Below are positions 22,383 to 31,883 of a stretch of DNA of 64,000 bases, in pieces. How positions within the stretch are numbered: the stretch's first letter is position 1; each line of letters opens with the position of its first letter. This DNA comes from an uncultured Gemmatimonadales bacterium (GTDB lineage Bacteria > Gemmatimonadota > Gemmatimonadetes > Longimicrobiales > RSA9). The stretch is from assembly GCA_963816355.1 (NCBI GenBank), contig CAWFKH010000003.1:1024001-1088000 (forward strand), written 5' to 3'. A program made the position numbers and the translations under genes. The notes under the pieces are model-generated. The model searched no databases, was not told the origin of the DNA, and worked only from the letters and a program-made list of their open reading frames with translations.

Positions 22383-23840
22383 ATGGTCCGTACCCGCTTC
22401 GCCCCGAGCCCTACCGGCAGCCTCCACGTCGGCAACGCGCGCATCGCGGTGCTCGACTGGCTCTTCGCGCGCCAGAACGACGGCGTCTTCGTCCTGCGCA
22501 TCGAGGACACCGACGCCCGCCGCAACGTGGCTGGCGCGGAAGCACGCATCCTGGACGACCTGCGGTGGCTCGGTCTGGCCTGGGACGAAGGCCCCCAGAC
22601 CGGGACCCCGACGTTCCCCGGTCCCAACGCGCCGTACCGCCAGAGCGAGCGCGCGCGCTTCTACGCCGAGTACGCCGAGTGGCTGATCGCGGCCGGCTGC
22701 GCCTATCCCTGCTACTGCTCTCCCGACGAGCTCGAAGCGCACCGCGCCGCCGCGCTCGCCGCCGGCGGCCAGCCTCACTACCCGGGCACCTGCCGCGACC
22801 TCACCGCCGCCGAGATCGCCGAGCACGAGCGCGCCGGCCGCGTGCCAGCCGTCCGCTTCCGCGTCCCCGCCGCCGATGAGCCGGTCGTCGTCCAGGACGC
22901 CGTGCGCGGCGCCGTCCGCTTCGACCGCGCCGAGATCGGCGACTTCGTCCTCCTCCGCTCCGACGGCCGCCCGACCTACAACTTCGGGGTGGTCGTCGAC
23001 GACATCCTCATGGAGGTCACGCACGTGATCCGCGGCTCCGCGCACCTCTCCAACACGCCGCGCCAGGTGCTCCTTTTCGAGGCAATCGGCCACCCCACGC
23101 CGGTCTTCGCGCACGTGCCGATGGTGCTCGGGCCGGATCGGCAGACGCTCTCCAAGCGCCACGGCGCCCGCTCCCTCGCCGATTACCGCCGCGAAGGCTA
23201 CCACCCCGACGCGCTCGTCAACTACCTCTCTCTGCTCTCCTGGTCCAGCCCCGACGGAGAGGAGTTCCTCACCCGCGAGCAGCTCCTGCGCGACATCTCC
23301 CTCGAGCGCATCCGCGCTTCCGACGTCGTCTTCGACCCCGCGAAGCTGCGCTGGCTCTCTGCCCGCCACATCGAGGCGATGCCCATCGGCGCCCTCGTCG
23401 CCGCCGTGTCCCCCTTCGTGGATCGGGACCGCTTCCCGATCTCCGACGATGCGCTCCCCATCGCCGTGCGCGCGGTCCGCACCCACCTCGCCACCTTCGG
23501 CGACATCGCCGGCCTCCTCGCTCCGTTCGTCGCGACTCGCCACGACGCCGCCGTGGCCGCGCGCTCCGAGCTGCGCTGCGACGACGCCGCACGAACCACC
23601 CTCGCCGCCGTCCGCGACGCGCTCGCGGCGCTCGATCCGTGGGACGAGGCCGCCGTCGAGGAGGCCCTCAAGCGCGCGGGTCGCACCGCGGGCGCCCGCG
23701 GGCGCGACCTCTTCATGCCGGTTCGCCTCGCGCTCACCGGCGAAGAGCACGGCCCGCCGCTCCCGGCGCTCCTCTCCGTCGTCGGCAGGGCCGAGAGCCT
23801 CCGGATCCTCTCCGAAACGGCCGACGATCGAGCCGTTTGA
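22383..23840 (+). CDS. gltX: Glutamate--tRNA ligase
   Basis: RTRFAPSPTGSLHVGN, LRIEDTD, YRQSER, TLSKRHG, and a C-terminal anticodon-binding domain (PVRLALTG..HGP). Confidence 0.9.
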   Translation: MVRTRFAPSPTGSLHVGNARIAVLDWLFARQNDGVFVLRIEDTDARRNVAGAEARILDDLRWLGLAWDEGPQTGTPTFPGPNAPYRQSERARFYAEYAEWLIAAGCAYPCYCSPDELEAHRAAALAAGGQPHYPGTCRDLTAAEIAEHERAGRVPAVRFRVPAADEPVVVQDAVRGAVRFDRAEIGDFVLLRSDGRPTYNFGVVVDDILMEVTHVIRGSAHLSNTPRQVLLFEAIGHPTPVFAHVPMVLGPDRQTLSKRHGARSLADYRREGYHPDALVNYLSLLSWSSPDGEEFLTREQLLRDISLERIRASDVVFDPAKLRWLSARHIEAMPIGALVAAVSPFVDRDRFPISDDALPIAVRAVRTHLATFGDIAGLLAPFVATRHDAAVAARSELRCDDAARTTLAAVRDALAALDPWDEAAVEEALKRAGRTAGARGRDLFMPVRLALTGEEHGPPLPALLSVVGRAESLRILSETADDRAV

Positions 23841-23865
23841 CCATTTCCCGCGCGCTCCATACATT
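23837..23865 (+). promoter_or_regulatory. Sigma70-type promoter for larC
   Basis: TTGACC-N17-TACATT, overlapping the gltX stop. Confidence 0.6.
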
Positions 23866-23890
23866 GGCGCGTTCTGAGCCCGATCCCGGA

Positions 23891-25072
23891 GTGGATGCGT
23901 TGCGCGAGCTCGTCTTCGATCCCTTCGCCGGCATCAGCGGGGACATGGTCCTCGGGGCCCTCGTCGACCTGGGGCTCGATCCCGATTGGCTGCGGGACCT
24001 GGTGGCCGACCTTCGCGTCCCCGACGTCCGCGTCGAGATCGGCCGCACCGCCCGTTGCGGCATCGACTGCGCCCGCGTCCGTTTCGAGATCCCCGCCGAA
24101 TCGAAGCACCGCCACCTCTCCGACGTCCTCGAGATCGTCGACGCCTCCCCGTGCGCCTCGCGCGTGCGCGAGCGCGCGTCCGACATCTTCCGTCGCCTCG
24201 CCGCCGCGGAAGGCGAGGTCCACGGCGTCGCGCCCGAGCGCGTGCATTTCCACGAGGTCGGCGCCATCGACTCGATCCTGGACGTGCTGTGCGGCGTCGC
24301 CGGCGTGGCGGAGCTCGGCTTCGAGCGCGTCCGGACGCGGCCGGTCGCGCTGGGACGCGGCTGGGTCGACACGGCGCACGGACGCTTTCCGGTCCCCGCG
24401 CCCGCGACGCTCAAGTTGTTGCAGCGGTTGACGGTACGCGAAACCTCGCTGGAGGGGGAGTGTACCACTCCGACAGGTGCCGCCCTCCTCGCCGGACTGG
24501 TCGACGACGCGGACCCGCCCGCGGAATACATCGTGGTGGGCAGCGGCTACGGCGCCGGGGCGCGCGACCCGCGGGCGTATCCGAACTGCCTGCGGGCCGT
24601 CGCCGCGGAAGTCGCGGCCGTCTCCCGCCCGCTCTTCCTGGTGCAGGCGGATATCGACGACATGAGCCCCGAGTACGTGCCTCCCGCCCAGGACGCCCTG
24701 CTGGAGGCGGGCGCGCTCGACGCCGTCGCGACGCCGATCGGCATGAAGAAGGGGCGCGCGGCGCTGCGCCTGGAAGCGCTGGTGCCGGACGAGCGGCTCG
24801 ACCTCGTGCTCGAGACGCTGTTCCGCGCCACGACCACGATCGGCGCTCGCTACTGGCCCGTGACCCGACCGGTGCTGGAGCGACTCGAAGAGGTGGTGGA
24901 GTGGCGTGGCCAGCGGCTGCGCCGCAAACGCGTCCGACTGCCCGGCGGCGGCGAGCGCGTGAAGGTCGAGTTCGATGACGTCGCGCGCGCGGCCGCATCG
25001 CTCGGTATGACGCCGCTCGAGGTCCGCACCTCCCTGGAAACGGAGGGCGCACACCTCACTGCGGACGAGTGA
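23891..25072 (+). CDS. larC: Nickel insertase LarC (DUF111)
   Basis: DPFAGISGDMVLGAL, HRH, AEGEVHG...VHFHEVGAIDS, HGRFPVPAPAT, TTPTGAA, IDDMSPE, MKKGR, TTTIG. Start is approximate. Confidence 0.9.
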   Translation: MDALRELVFDPFAGISGDMVLGALVDLGLDPDWLRDLVADLRVPDVRVEIGRTARCGIDCARVRFEIPAESKHRHLSDVLEIVDASPCASRVRERASDIFRRLAAAEGEVHGVAPERVHFHEVGAIDSILDVLCGVAGVAELGFERVRTRPVALGRGWVDTAHGRFPVPAPATLKLLQRLTVRETSLEGECTTPTGAALLAGLVDDADPPAEYIVVGSGYGAGARDPRAYPNCLRAVAAEVAAVSRPLFLVQADIDDMSPEYVPPAQDALLEAGALDAVATPIGMKKGRAALRLEALVPDERLDLVLETLFRATTTIGARYWPVTRPVLERLEEVVEWRGQRLRRKRVRLPGGGERVKVEFDDVARAAASLGMTPLEVRTSLETEGAHLTADE

Positions 25073-25128
25073 AGACGTCCCCGACGCTCGGGGATCGACA
25101 ACCTTACCTACACTGGAGGATGGAACGG

Positions 25129-26502
25129 ATGAACCGTACTCAAGGGCTCATCCTCGGCCTCTTGGCCACGTTGACCGTCGCCGCCTGCGCGTCCGGCGGG
25201 TCGGCCGGGGCTCAGACGGCCACGCCGAGTGCCGTCGCGGTGACCGCCGCGGCCGCGGACACGGCCGGGAAGCAGTACCCGCCCGGCCTCGCCAAGCCGA
25301 GCGAGACCGAGTTCACGCGCAAGGGCGACATCGCGCTCGTGAAAGCGCAGGCGACCAAGGAGCCGGCAGCCGCGAAGACGAGCTTCCTCGCCGCCGCGCA
25401 AGCGGCCGAGGAGGGTCTGCAGCAGGACAGCCTCAACCCGAAGCTCTGGCTCATCGCCGGGCAGGGGTACGCCGGCGCGGGCGAGATGGAGAAGGCGGAC
25501 CGCGCGTTCGACCGCGCGCTCGAGATCTATCCGGCTTACGAGCCGAACATCGAAGCCGAGCGGGAGTCCGCGTGGATCGCCGCGTTCAACAAGGGCGTGC
25601 AGGAGATGCAGGCCGGTGAGAACGACGCCGCTATCGCCGATCTCGAATCGGCGCAGGCGATCTACCAGAAGCGGCCGGAGGGGCTCCTCAACCTCGCGAT
25701 CCTCTACATCCGGAAGAGCGAGCCGCAGAAGGCGGCGGACACGTATCAGAAGGTCCTCGACCTCGTCCACAGTCCCCTCCGCTCGCAGCTTCCCGCCGAG
25801 GCCACGGCCGACTGGGACAAGTACGAGAAGATGGCCCGGAGCAACACGGCGCAGCTCTACGCCCAGGCGGGCGTAGCCGCCTTCCAGGACAAGAATTACG
25901 ACGAGGCGACGAAGGACTTCGAGAACGCGCTCGAGATCAACAAGTACTACCGGGACGCGCTCCAGAACCTGGCGCAGGTGCTCTACATCAGGACCAACGA
26001 GCTCGAGCCGAAGCTCGATAGCGTCAGCGGCGCGGCGAAGCAGCAGCTCACGCAGCAGTTGAACCAGCTCTACGACCGCTATCGCGGCGTCGCGGAGAGG
26101 GCGTACGAGATGGATCCGTACAACAACAACGTGCTGCTCCTGCTCGCGCGGGCGTACCGCGGCCTCGGCGTGACCGCCCCGGATCAGGCGCAGACGAAGC
26201 AGTGGCAGGACAAGGCGCTCGACATCCTGCGCAAGCAGCAGGCGCTCCCCTTCCAGATCAGCAACTTCCAGGTCGCCATGGCCGACAGCGCCATCAACCT
26301 GAAGGGGCAGATCGAGAACCTGAACATGGACGAGGGCAAGGCGATCACGCTCAAGTTCACGATGCTCGACGAGAACGGCCAGGGCGTCGGCACCCAGCAG
26401 GTCACCGTGAACGCGCCGCCCAAGAACCAGGCGGCCCCCTTCGAGGTGCAGGTGCCGATCTCGGAGTCGGTTCTCGGCTGGAAGTACGAGCTGGTCCAGT
26501 GA
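25129..26502 (+). CDS. TPR-repeat lipoprotein with C-terminal FxLYD-like Ig domain
   Basis: SD GGAGG at 25115; lipobox VAAC; multiple TPR helices; beta-rich tail LKFTMLDENG. Confidence 0.8.
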   Translation: MNRTQGLILGLLATLTVAACASGGSAGAQTATPSAVAVTAAAADTAGKQYPPGLAKPSETEFTRKGDIALVKAQATKEPAAAKTSFLAAAQAAEEGLQQDSLNPKLWLIAGQGYAGAGEMEKADRAFDRALEIYPAYEPNIEAERESAWIAAFNKGVQEMQAGENDAAIADLESAQAIYQKRPEGLLNLAILYIRKSEPQKAADTYQKVLDLVHSPLRSQLPAEATADWDKYEKMARSNTAQLYAQAGVAAFQDKNYDEATKDFENALEINKYYRDALQNLAQVLYIRTNELEPKLDSVSGAAKQQLTQQLNQLYDRYRGVAERAYEMDPYNNNVLLLLARAYRGLGVTAPDQAQTKQWQDKALDILRKQQALPFQISNFQVAMADSAINLKGQIENLNMDEGKAITLKFTMLDENGQGVGTQQVTVNAPPKNQAAPFEVQVPISESVLGWKYELVQ

Positions 26503-26525
26503 CGCCGCGGCGCTCGCGTTGAATC

Positions 26526-26556
26526 GGAGGGGGCCGCTCGGCCCCCTCCTTTTTTT
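26526..26556 (+). terminator. Rho-independent terminator
   Basis: GGAGGGGGCC-GCTC-GGCCCCCTCC perfect 10-bp stem followed by T7. Confidence 0.93.
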
Positions 26557-26609
26557 CATGTATCTTGCGTACTGCGTCCGCAACTCGAAACCGACCACGA
26601 GGTGAGGCC

Positions 26610-27134
26610 ATGGAAAGGTGTCCCCGCTGCGGCGATACGATCGCCGACAATGCCGACTACTGCCCAGCCTGCGGCCACGTCCTCCGCGCCGCCACCTGCG
26701 AACGCCACCCGGACCGTCCCGCCGTGGGCGTCTGCGTGGTCTGCGAACGCACGCTGTGCCGCGAGTGCGACCATCCCGATGGCGGCGTCCACCGCTGCGA
26801 GACGCACGCCGACATCCCGCTCATCGAAGGCTGGGCCCAGGTCTACACCACCGGCGACGAGATCCAGGCCGATCTCATTCGTGACAACCTCCGCTCCGAG
26901 GGCGTCGAGGCCCGCGTCTTTTCGCAGAAGGACCGCTCCTTCGCCGTCGCGCTCGGCGACCTGAGTCCCGTCCGCGTCATCGTTCCCGCCTACGCCTACG
27001 AGGAAGCGATGGAGATCATCCGCGCCCACACGGATTCCGAAGGCGACGTCGCCTTCGCGTGCCCCGCGTGCGGCGAGGCGGTCGAGCCGGGCACCGCGCG
27101 CTGCCCGACGTGCGGCGCCGCGATCGGATCCTGA
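26610..27134 (+). CDS. Zinc-ribbon / B-box / DUF2007-type putative signal-transducing protein
   Basis: CPRC..CPACG, CERHP...CVVC...CREC...CETH, then WAQVYTT..ADLIRDNLRSEGVEA..VRVIVP, then CPACG..CPTCG; SD GAGG. Confidence 0.75.
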   Translation: MERCPRCGDTIADNADYCPACGHVLRAATCERHPDRPAVGVCVVCERTLCRECDHPDGGVHRCETHADIPLIEGWAQVYTTGDEIQADLIRDNLRSEGVEARVFSQKDRSFAVALGDLSPVRVIVPAYAYEEAMEIIRAHTDSEGDVAFACPACGEAVEPGTARCPTCGAAIGS

Positions 27135-27177
27135 CGCCGAAGCCGCCCGGCGGCACGGCTCCGAGGCGGGGCCTCGC

Positions 27178-27206
27178 TTGAGCGCAGCGACCGCTTCGGC
27201 TAACTT
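27178..27206 (+). promoter_or_regulatory. Sigma70-type promoter for the DUF512-der operon
   Basis: TTGAGC-N17-TAACTT. Confidence 0.5.
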
Positions 27207-27273
27207 TCAGGGTTACGTTGCGCCCGCCATTCCGGGGCGGCCCGACCGGCCGCCCCGCAGCGCGAAGGCACCC

Positions 27274-28557
27274 ATGATCCGAATCGCCGAAATCCTGCCC
27301 GGCTCGATCGCCGAGGAGCTGCGGCTCCGCATCGGCAGTCGCATCGTGCGGATCAACGGCGCGCCGGTCCGTGACGCGATCGACCTGCGCTTCCTCGAAG
27401 TCGACGAGGCTCTGGAGGTCGAGGTGTCGCCGGCGGGCGGCGCGGGCGACGTCGTCTACGAGATCGAGAAGGAGGCGGGGGAGGGTCTGGGCGTGCGGCC
27501 GGAGCCGGACGTGGTGCGGCAGTGCAGCAACAAGTGCGTCTTCTGCTTCATCGACGGGAACCCGCCCGGCGCGCGTGACCGGCTCTTCCTCAAGGACGAC
27601 GATTTCCGCCTGTCGTTCACGTACGGCAGCTACGTCACGCTGACGAACCTGGGTCCGCGCGGCTTCGAGCGGCTGATCGAGCAGCGTCTCTCGCCGCTGT
27701 ACGTGAGTGTGCACGCGACGGAGCCGGCGTTGCGGGAGAGGCTGCTGGGCGTTCCGCGCGGAGGCGACATCCTCGAACGGCTGGAGGAGCTGATCGCGGG
27801 CGGGATCGAGGTGCACACGCAGGTCGTGCTGTGTCCGGAGTGGAACGACGGCGAGCGGCTCGATCGGACGATCGAGGACCTGTGGCGGCTGGGGCCCTCC
27901 GTGCTCTCTCTCTCCGTCGTGCCGGTGGGGCTCACCCGCTACAACCTGGAGCGGCCGGTGCGCCTGCTGCGCGCGAGGGAGGCGGCGACGGCGGTCCGCC
28001 AGGTGGCGGCGGCACGGGCGCGGGCCCTCGCGTCGCGCGGCATCGGGTGGGCGTACGCCGCCGACGAGCTCTTCTTCGCCGCCGGTCTCGACGTTCCCGA
28101 CGACGCGTACTACGACGACTGGCCGCTGACGGAGAACGGTGTCGGCGCGGTGCGTCGCTTCCTGGACGACGTCGAGAGGATGCCCGTGGCGCTGCCGCGG
28201 CTGGCCGGGCGCCGCATCGCGGTCGCGACCGGAACGCGCATGGCGGAGGTGATGGCGCCGCTGCTGCCGCGGCTCGAGGCGGCGACCGGGGCGGCGATCT
28301 CGATCGTGCCGGTGGCCAACCGCTTCTACGGAGCGACGGTCACGACGGCGGGGCTGCTGCCGGGACGCGACATCGTGGACGCGGTGGGGGGCGCCGCGCG
28401 CGCGGGCGGCGGCTTCGACACCGTGCTCGTCCCCGCGGAGGCGCTCAACGACGACGCTCTCTTCGTGGACGACGTTCCGCTCGCCGCCCTGGCTCCCGCG
28501 CTCGGCGCCGAGGTGGTGCCGGGACACGCGCTGGCGGCGACGCTGGCCGCGTTGTGA
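27274..28557 (+). CDS. DUF512 PDZ / radical-SAM-like FeS protein
   Basis: N-terminal PDZ (PGSIAEEL), CSNKCVFCF (CxxxCxxC), KDDDFRLSF, SPLYVSVHAT, VVPVGLT, ENGVG; known synteny with der. Confidence 0.88.
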   Translation: MIRIAEILPGSIAEELRLRIGSRIVRINGAPVRDAIDLRFLEVDEALEVEVSPAGGAGDVVYEIEKEAGEGLGVRPEPDVVRQCSNKCVFCFIDGNPPGARDRLFLKDDDFRLSFTYGSYVTLTNLGPRGFERLIEQRLSPLYVSVHATEPALRERLLGVPRGGDILERLEELIAGGIEVHTQVVLCPEWNDGERLDRTIEDLWRLGPSVLSLSVVPVGLTRYNLERPVRLLRAREAATAVRQVAAARARALASRGIGWAYAADELFFAAGLDVPDDAYYDDWPLTENGVGAVRRFLDDVERMPVALPRLAGRRIAVATGTRMAEVMAPLLPRLEAATGAAISIVPVANRFYGATVTTAGLLPGRDIVDAVGGAARAGGGFDTVLVPAEALNDDALFVDDVPLAALAPALGAEVVPGHALAATLAAL

Positions 28558-29882
28558 CGGCGCCGCTTCCGGCGGTCGCGATCGTCGGCCGGCCGAACGT
28601 CGGCAAGTCGACGCTCTTCAACCGCATCCTCGGGCAGCAGCGTGCGATCGTCGAGGACGAGCCGGGCGTGACGCGGGACCGCAACCTGGCCGAGGCGGAG
28701 TGGGCGGGCCGCCGCTTCTTCATCGTGGACACCGGCGGTCTCGACGTGGATTCGGACGAGCCGATGACCGCCGCCATCCGGCGGCAGGTCCTGCTGGCGA
28801 TCGAAGAAGCCGACGCGATCGTGCTGGTGGTCGACGGGCGCACGGGGGTGCACCCGCTCGACGAGCGGATCGCGGATGTGCTGCGCCGGGCGCAGCGGCC
28901 GGTGCTCCTCGTCGTGAACAAGATGGACCGTCTGCCGGAGGAGCTGGGGCACCACGACTTCTGGTCGCTCGGTCTCGGCGAGCCGCTCCCGCTGAGCGCG
29001 ATCTCCGGCCGCGGCTCCGGCGATGTGCTCGACCGCGTCGTGGCGGTGCTGCCGGAGAGCACAGCGGACCCGGCGGCGCCGGGAGTGGTGCGCGTCGCCG
29101 TCGTCGGCAAGCCGAACGTCGGCAAGTCGAGCTTCATCAACCGGCTGCTGGGCGAGGATCGCCTCGTCGTGAGCGAGGAGTCGGGCACCACGCGCGACGC
29201 CATCGACACGCCGCTGGCCTACCACGCCCGGACGCTCGTCTTCATCGACACGGCAGGCTTGCGCAGGCAGTCGAAGGTCGAGCGCGGACTCGAGTTCTAC
29301 AGCACGCTACGCACGCAGCGCGCGGTGCAGCGCGCCGACATCTGCATCCAGCTCGTGGACGCGACCGAGCCGGTACACGTCCAGGACCTGCGCATCGCGA
29401 ACCTCGCCTGGGACGCCGGGACCGGTCTCATCCTCGTCGCCAACAAGTGGGACCTCGTCGAGAAGGACACGATGACGGCGGTCCACTACGAGCGCTCGCT
29501 CCACGCGCGCGTCCCGTTCCTGCGGTGGGTGCCGACGCTCTTCGCCTCCGCGCTCAGTGGCCAGCGCGTGCACCGCGTCCTCGACCTGGTGCTGGAGACG
29601 GACGCCGAGCGCCACCGGCGCCTCTCCACCAACGAGGTCACGGAAACCGTGCGCGCGCTGGCGGAGCGACAGTCACCCCCGCATTTTCAGGGGAAGCCGG
29701 TCAACTTCTATTATGCGACGCAGGTCGGGGAAGCGCCGCCCCAGTTCGTCGTCTTCACGAACCGGCCCAAGGGCATCACGGAGGGGTACGCGCGCTTCCT
29801 CCACAACGGCTTCCGCGAGCGCTGGGGCTTCGTCGGCACGCCGATCCGCTTCCGCTTCCGGGGCCGCAAGGAGACGCCGTAA
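28554..29882 (+). CDS. der: Ribosome biogenesis GTPase Der (EngA)
   Basis: Tandem G domains GRPNVGKS/DTGG/NKMD and GKPNVGKS/DTAG/NKWD, plus a KH-like tail. Confidence 0.96.
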   Translation: MTAPLPAVAIVGRPNVGKSTLFNRILGQQRAIVEDEPGVTRDRNLAEAEWAGRRFFIVDTGGLDVDSDEPMTAAIRRQVLLAIEEADAIVLVVDGRTGVHPLDERIADVLRRAQRPVLLVVNKMDRLPEELGHHDFWSLGLGEPLPLSAISGRGSGDVLDRVVAVLPESTADPAAPGVVRVAVVGKPNVGKSSFINRLLGEDRLVVSEESGTTRDAIDTPLAYHARTLVFIDTAGLRRQSKVERGLEFYSTLRTQRAVQRADICIQLVDATEPVHVQDLRIANLAWDAGTGLILVANKWDLVEKDTMTAVHYERSLHARVPFLRWVPTLFASALSGQRVHRVLDLVLETDAERHRRLSTNEVTETVRALAERQSPPHFQGKPVNFYYATQVGEAPPQFVVFTNRPKGITEGYARFLHNGFRERWGFVGTPIRFRFRGRKETP

Positions 29883-30481
29883 TGCCCCTTCCGCTCCTCG
29901 TGGCGAGCTATCTGATCGGGGCGATCCCGAGCAGCTACGTCGCCGGCCGCCTCGCGCGCGGCATCGACCTGCGCGAGCACGGAAGCGGAAACCTCGGTGC
30001 GACCAACGCCTTCCGCGTCCTCGGCTGGCGCGTCGCCCTGCCGGTCCTCGTCTTCGACCTTTCCAAAGGCTGGTTTCCGACCTTCTTCTTCCCGCGCTGG
30101 GATGGCGCGCCCGCGCTGTGGGCGCTCGCCTACGCCGCCGCCGCCGTCATCGGTCACCTCTTCTCGATCTACGTCGGCTTTCGCGGCGGCAAGGGCGTGG
30201 CGACGAGCGGTGGCGTCCTCCTCGCGCTCGCTCCGCTCGCCGTCCTCACCGGCTTCGTCGTCTGGGCCTTGCTCGTGCTGGCCACGCGAACCGTCTCGCT
30301 GGCCTCGATCGCCGCCGCCGCCGTGGTGCCGCTCGTGGTGGCGCTGACCGCCGGCGCGACCCCGGTCTTCTGGCTGTGCGCCGCACTCGCCGCCCTGGTG
30401 ATCTTCGCCCACCGAGGCAACATCCGTCGCCTGCTGCGCGGCGAGGAGCCCAGGGTCGGCGGCCCGGAGGCGGCGCAGTGA
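29882..30481 (+). CDS. plsY: Glycerol-3-phosphate acyltransferase PlsY
   Basis: GSGNLGATN, GH..S..GFRGGKGVATS, HRGNIRRL..GEE. Confidence 0.95.
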   Translation: MPLPLLVASYLIGAIPSSYVAGRLARGIDLREHGSGNLGATNAFRVLGWRVALPVLVFDLSKGWFPTFFFPRWDGAPALWALAYAAAAVIGHLFSIYVGFRGGKGVATSGGVLLALAPLAVLTGFVVWALLVLATRTVSLASIAAAAVVPLVVALTAGATPVFWLCAALAALVIFAHRGNIRRLLRGEEPRVGGPEAAQ

Positions 30482-31485
30482 GGGAGCGCGTGGGGGTGAT
30501 CGGAGCGGGGAGCTGGGGCACCGCGCTCTCGGACCTGCTCGCGCGCAACGGCCACGCGGTCACGCTCTGGTCGTTCGAGCCGGACGTGGCGGAAACGATC
30601 AACACGGCGCGCATGAACACGCGCTACCTCGATGGCGTCCCACTCGCCGCTTCGTTGCGAGCGACGGCCACGCTCGCGGACGCGGTCACGGGCGCGACGA
30701 TCGTCGTCTCGGTGAGCCCATCGCAGCACGTGCGGCGCCTGGTCGCGGAGGCGGCGCCGTCGATCGACGCGGACGCACTGGTGGTGAGCGCGTCGAAGGG
30801 CATCGAGACGCGCACGCGCCAGACGATGGCGGAGGTCCTCGACGAGGTGCTTCCGGTGCCGGTCGCCGGACGCTCCGTCTTCCTCTCCGGACCGAGCTTC
30901 GCGCTCGAGGTCGCCCGCGGCATGCCGACGGCCGTCGTCGTCGCGAGCCGCTCGCCGGAAGCGGCCGAGCGCGCCCAGCGGGTCTTCCAGTGCGAGCGCT
31001 TCCGTGTCTACACGAACCCGGACGTGGTGGGCGTCGAGCTGGGCGGGGCGCTGAAGAACGTCATGGCGCTCGCGGCGGGCATGGTCGTCGGCCTCGGCCT
31101 CGGACACAACGCGCTGGCGGCGCTGATCACCCGCGGCCTGGCGGAGATGACGCGACTCGGCGTGGCCCTCGGCGCCCATCCCCGAACGCTCGCCGGCCTC
31201 GCCGGGATGGGCGATCTGATCCTCACCTGCACCGGCGACCTGAGCCGCAACCGGCGCGTGGGGGTGGAGCTCGGCCAGGGCCGCGCCCTCCAGGAGATCC
31301 TGGCCGCCATGACAATGGTCGCCGAAGGCGTAGAGACGACGAAAGCCGCGCACGAACTGGCGCACCGACACGACGTCGACATGCCGATCGTCGCGGAAGT
31401 CCACGCCGTACTCACCGAGGGCCGCTCGCCTTCGGAAGCGGTCGAGAACCTGATGACCCGGGAGCCGAAACCGGAGCTTCGATGA
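30478..31485 (+). CDS. gpsA: NAD(P)H-dependent glycerol-3-phosphate dehydrogenase
   Basis: GAGSWGTAL, SKGIE, LSGPSFA, GGALKNV, GLAGMGDLILTC, SRN, AEGV. Confidence 0.95.
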   Translation: MRERVGVIGAGSWGTALSDLLARNGHAVTLWSFEPDVAETINTARMNTRYLDGVPLAASLRATATLADAVTGATIVVSVSPSQHVRRLVAEAAPSIDADALVVSASKGIETRTRQTMAEVLDEVLPVPVAGRSVFLSGPSFALEVARGMPTAVVVASRSPEAAERAQRVFQCERFRVYTNPDVVGVELGGALKNVMALAAGMVVGLGLGHNALAALITRGLAEMTRLGVALGAHPRTLAGLAGMGDLILTCTGDLSRNRRVGVELGQGRALQEILAAMTMVAEGVETTKAAHELAHRHDVDMPIVAEVHAVLTEGRSPSEAVENLMTREPKPELR

Positions 31486-31883
31486 TGAACGAACCGCGTA
31501 CACCGCCTTTCTCACCACCGGACCCGATCGCGCACCGGGAGTACTACTCGATCGGCGAGGTGTGCGAGCTGGTCGGCCTGAAGCCGCACGTGCTGCGCTA
31601 CTGGGAGAGCCAGTTCCCGGTGCTGAACCCGTCGAAGAACCGGTCGGGCAATCGGGTCTTCCAGCGCAAGGAGATCAAGCTGATCCTGCTCGTCAAGAAT
31701 CTGCTCTATACCGAGAAGTACACGATCGAGGGGGCGCGGCAGAAGCTGGAGCAGGAGCGCCGCGGGGGTCAGATACGGCCCGCGATGGAGCGGACGCTGG
31801 AGCCGGAGCTGTTGGCGGTGCTGCGCCAGGAGCTGATCGAGCTCGAGGAGCTGCTCGGAAGGGAGCGGATCGGCGGCACATGA
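31482..31883 (+). CDS. MerR-family HTH protein
   Basis: YYSIGEVCELVGLKPHVLRYWESQF...KYTIEGA. Confidence 0.9.
   Translation: MMNEPRTPPFSPPDPIAHREYYSIGEVCELVGLKPHVLRYWESQFPVLNPSKNRSGNRVFQRKEIKLILLVKNLLYTEKYTIEGARQKLEQERRGGQIRPAMERTLEPELLAVLRQELIELEELLGRERIGGT

Noticed and set aside
22383..23840. GluQ (glutamyl-queuosine synthetase) alternative
   Set aside because: At 485 aa with an anticodon-binding domain it fits GltX; GluQ lacks that domain.
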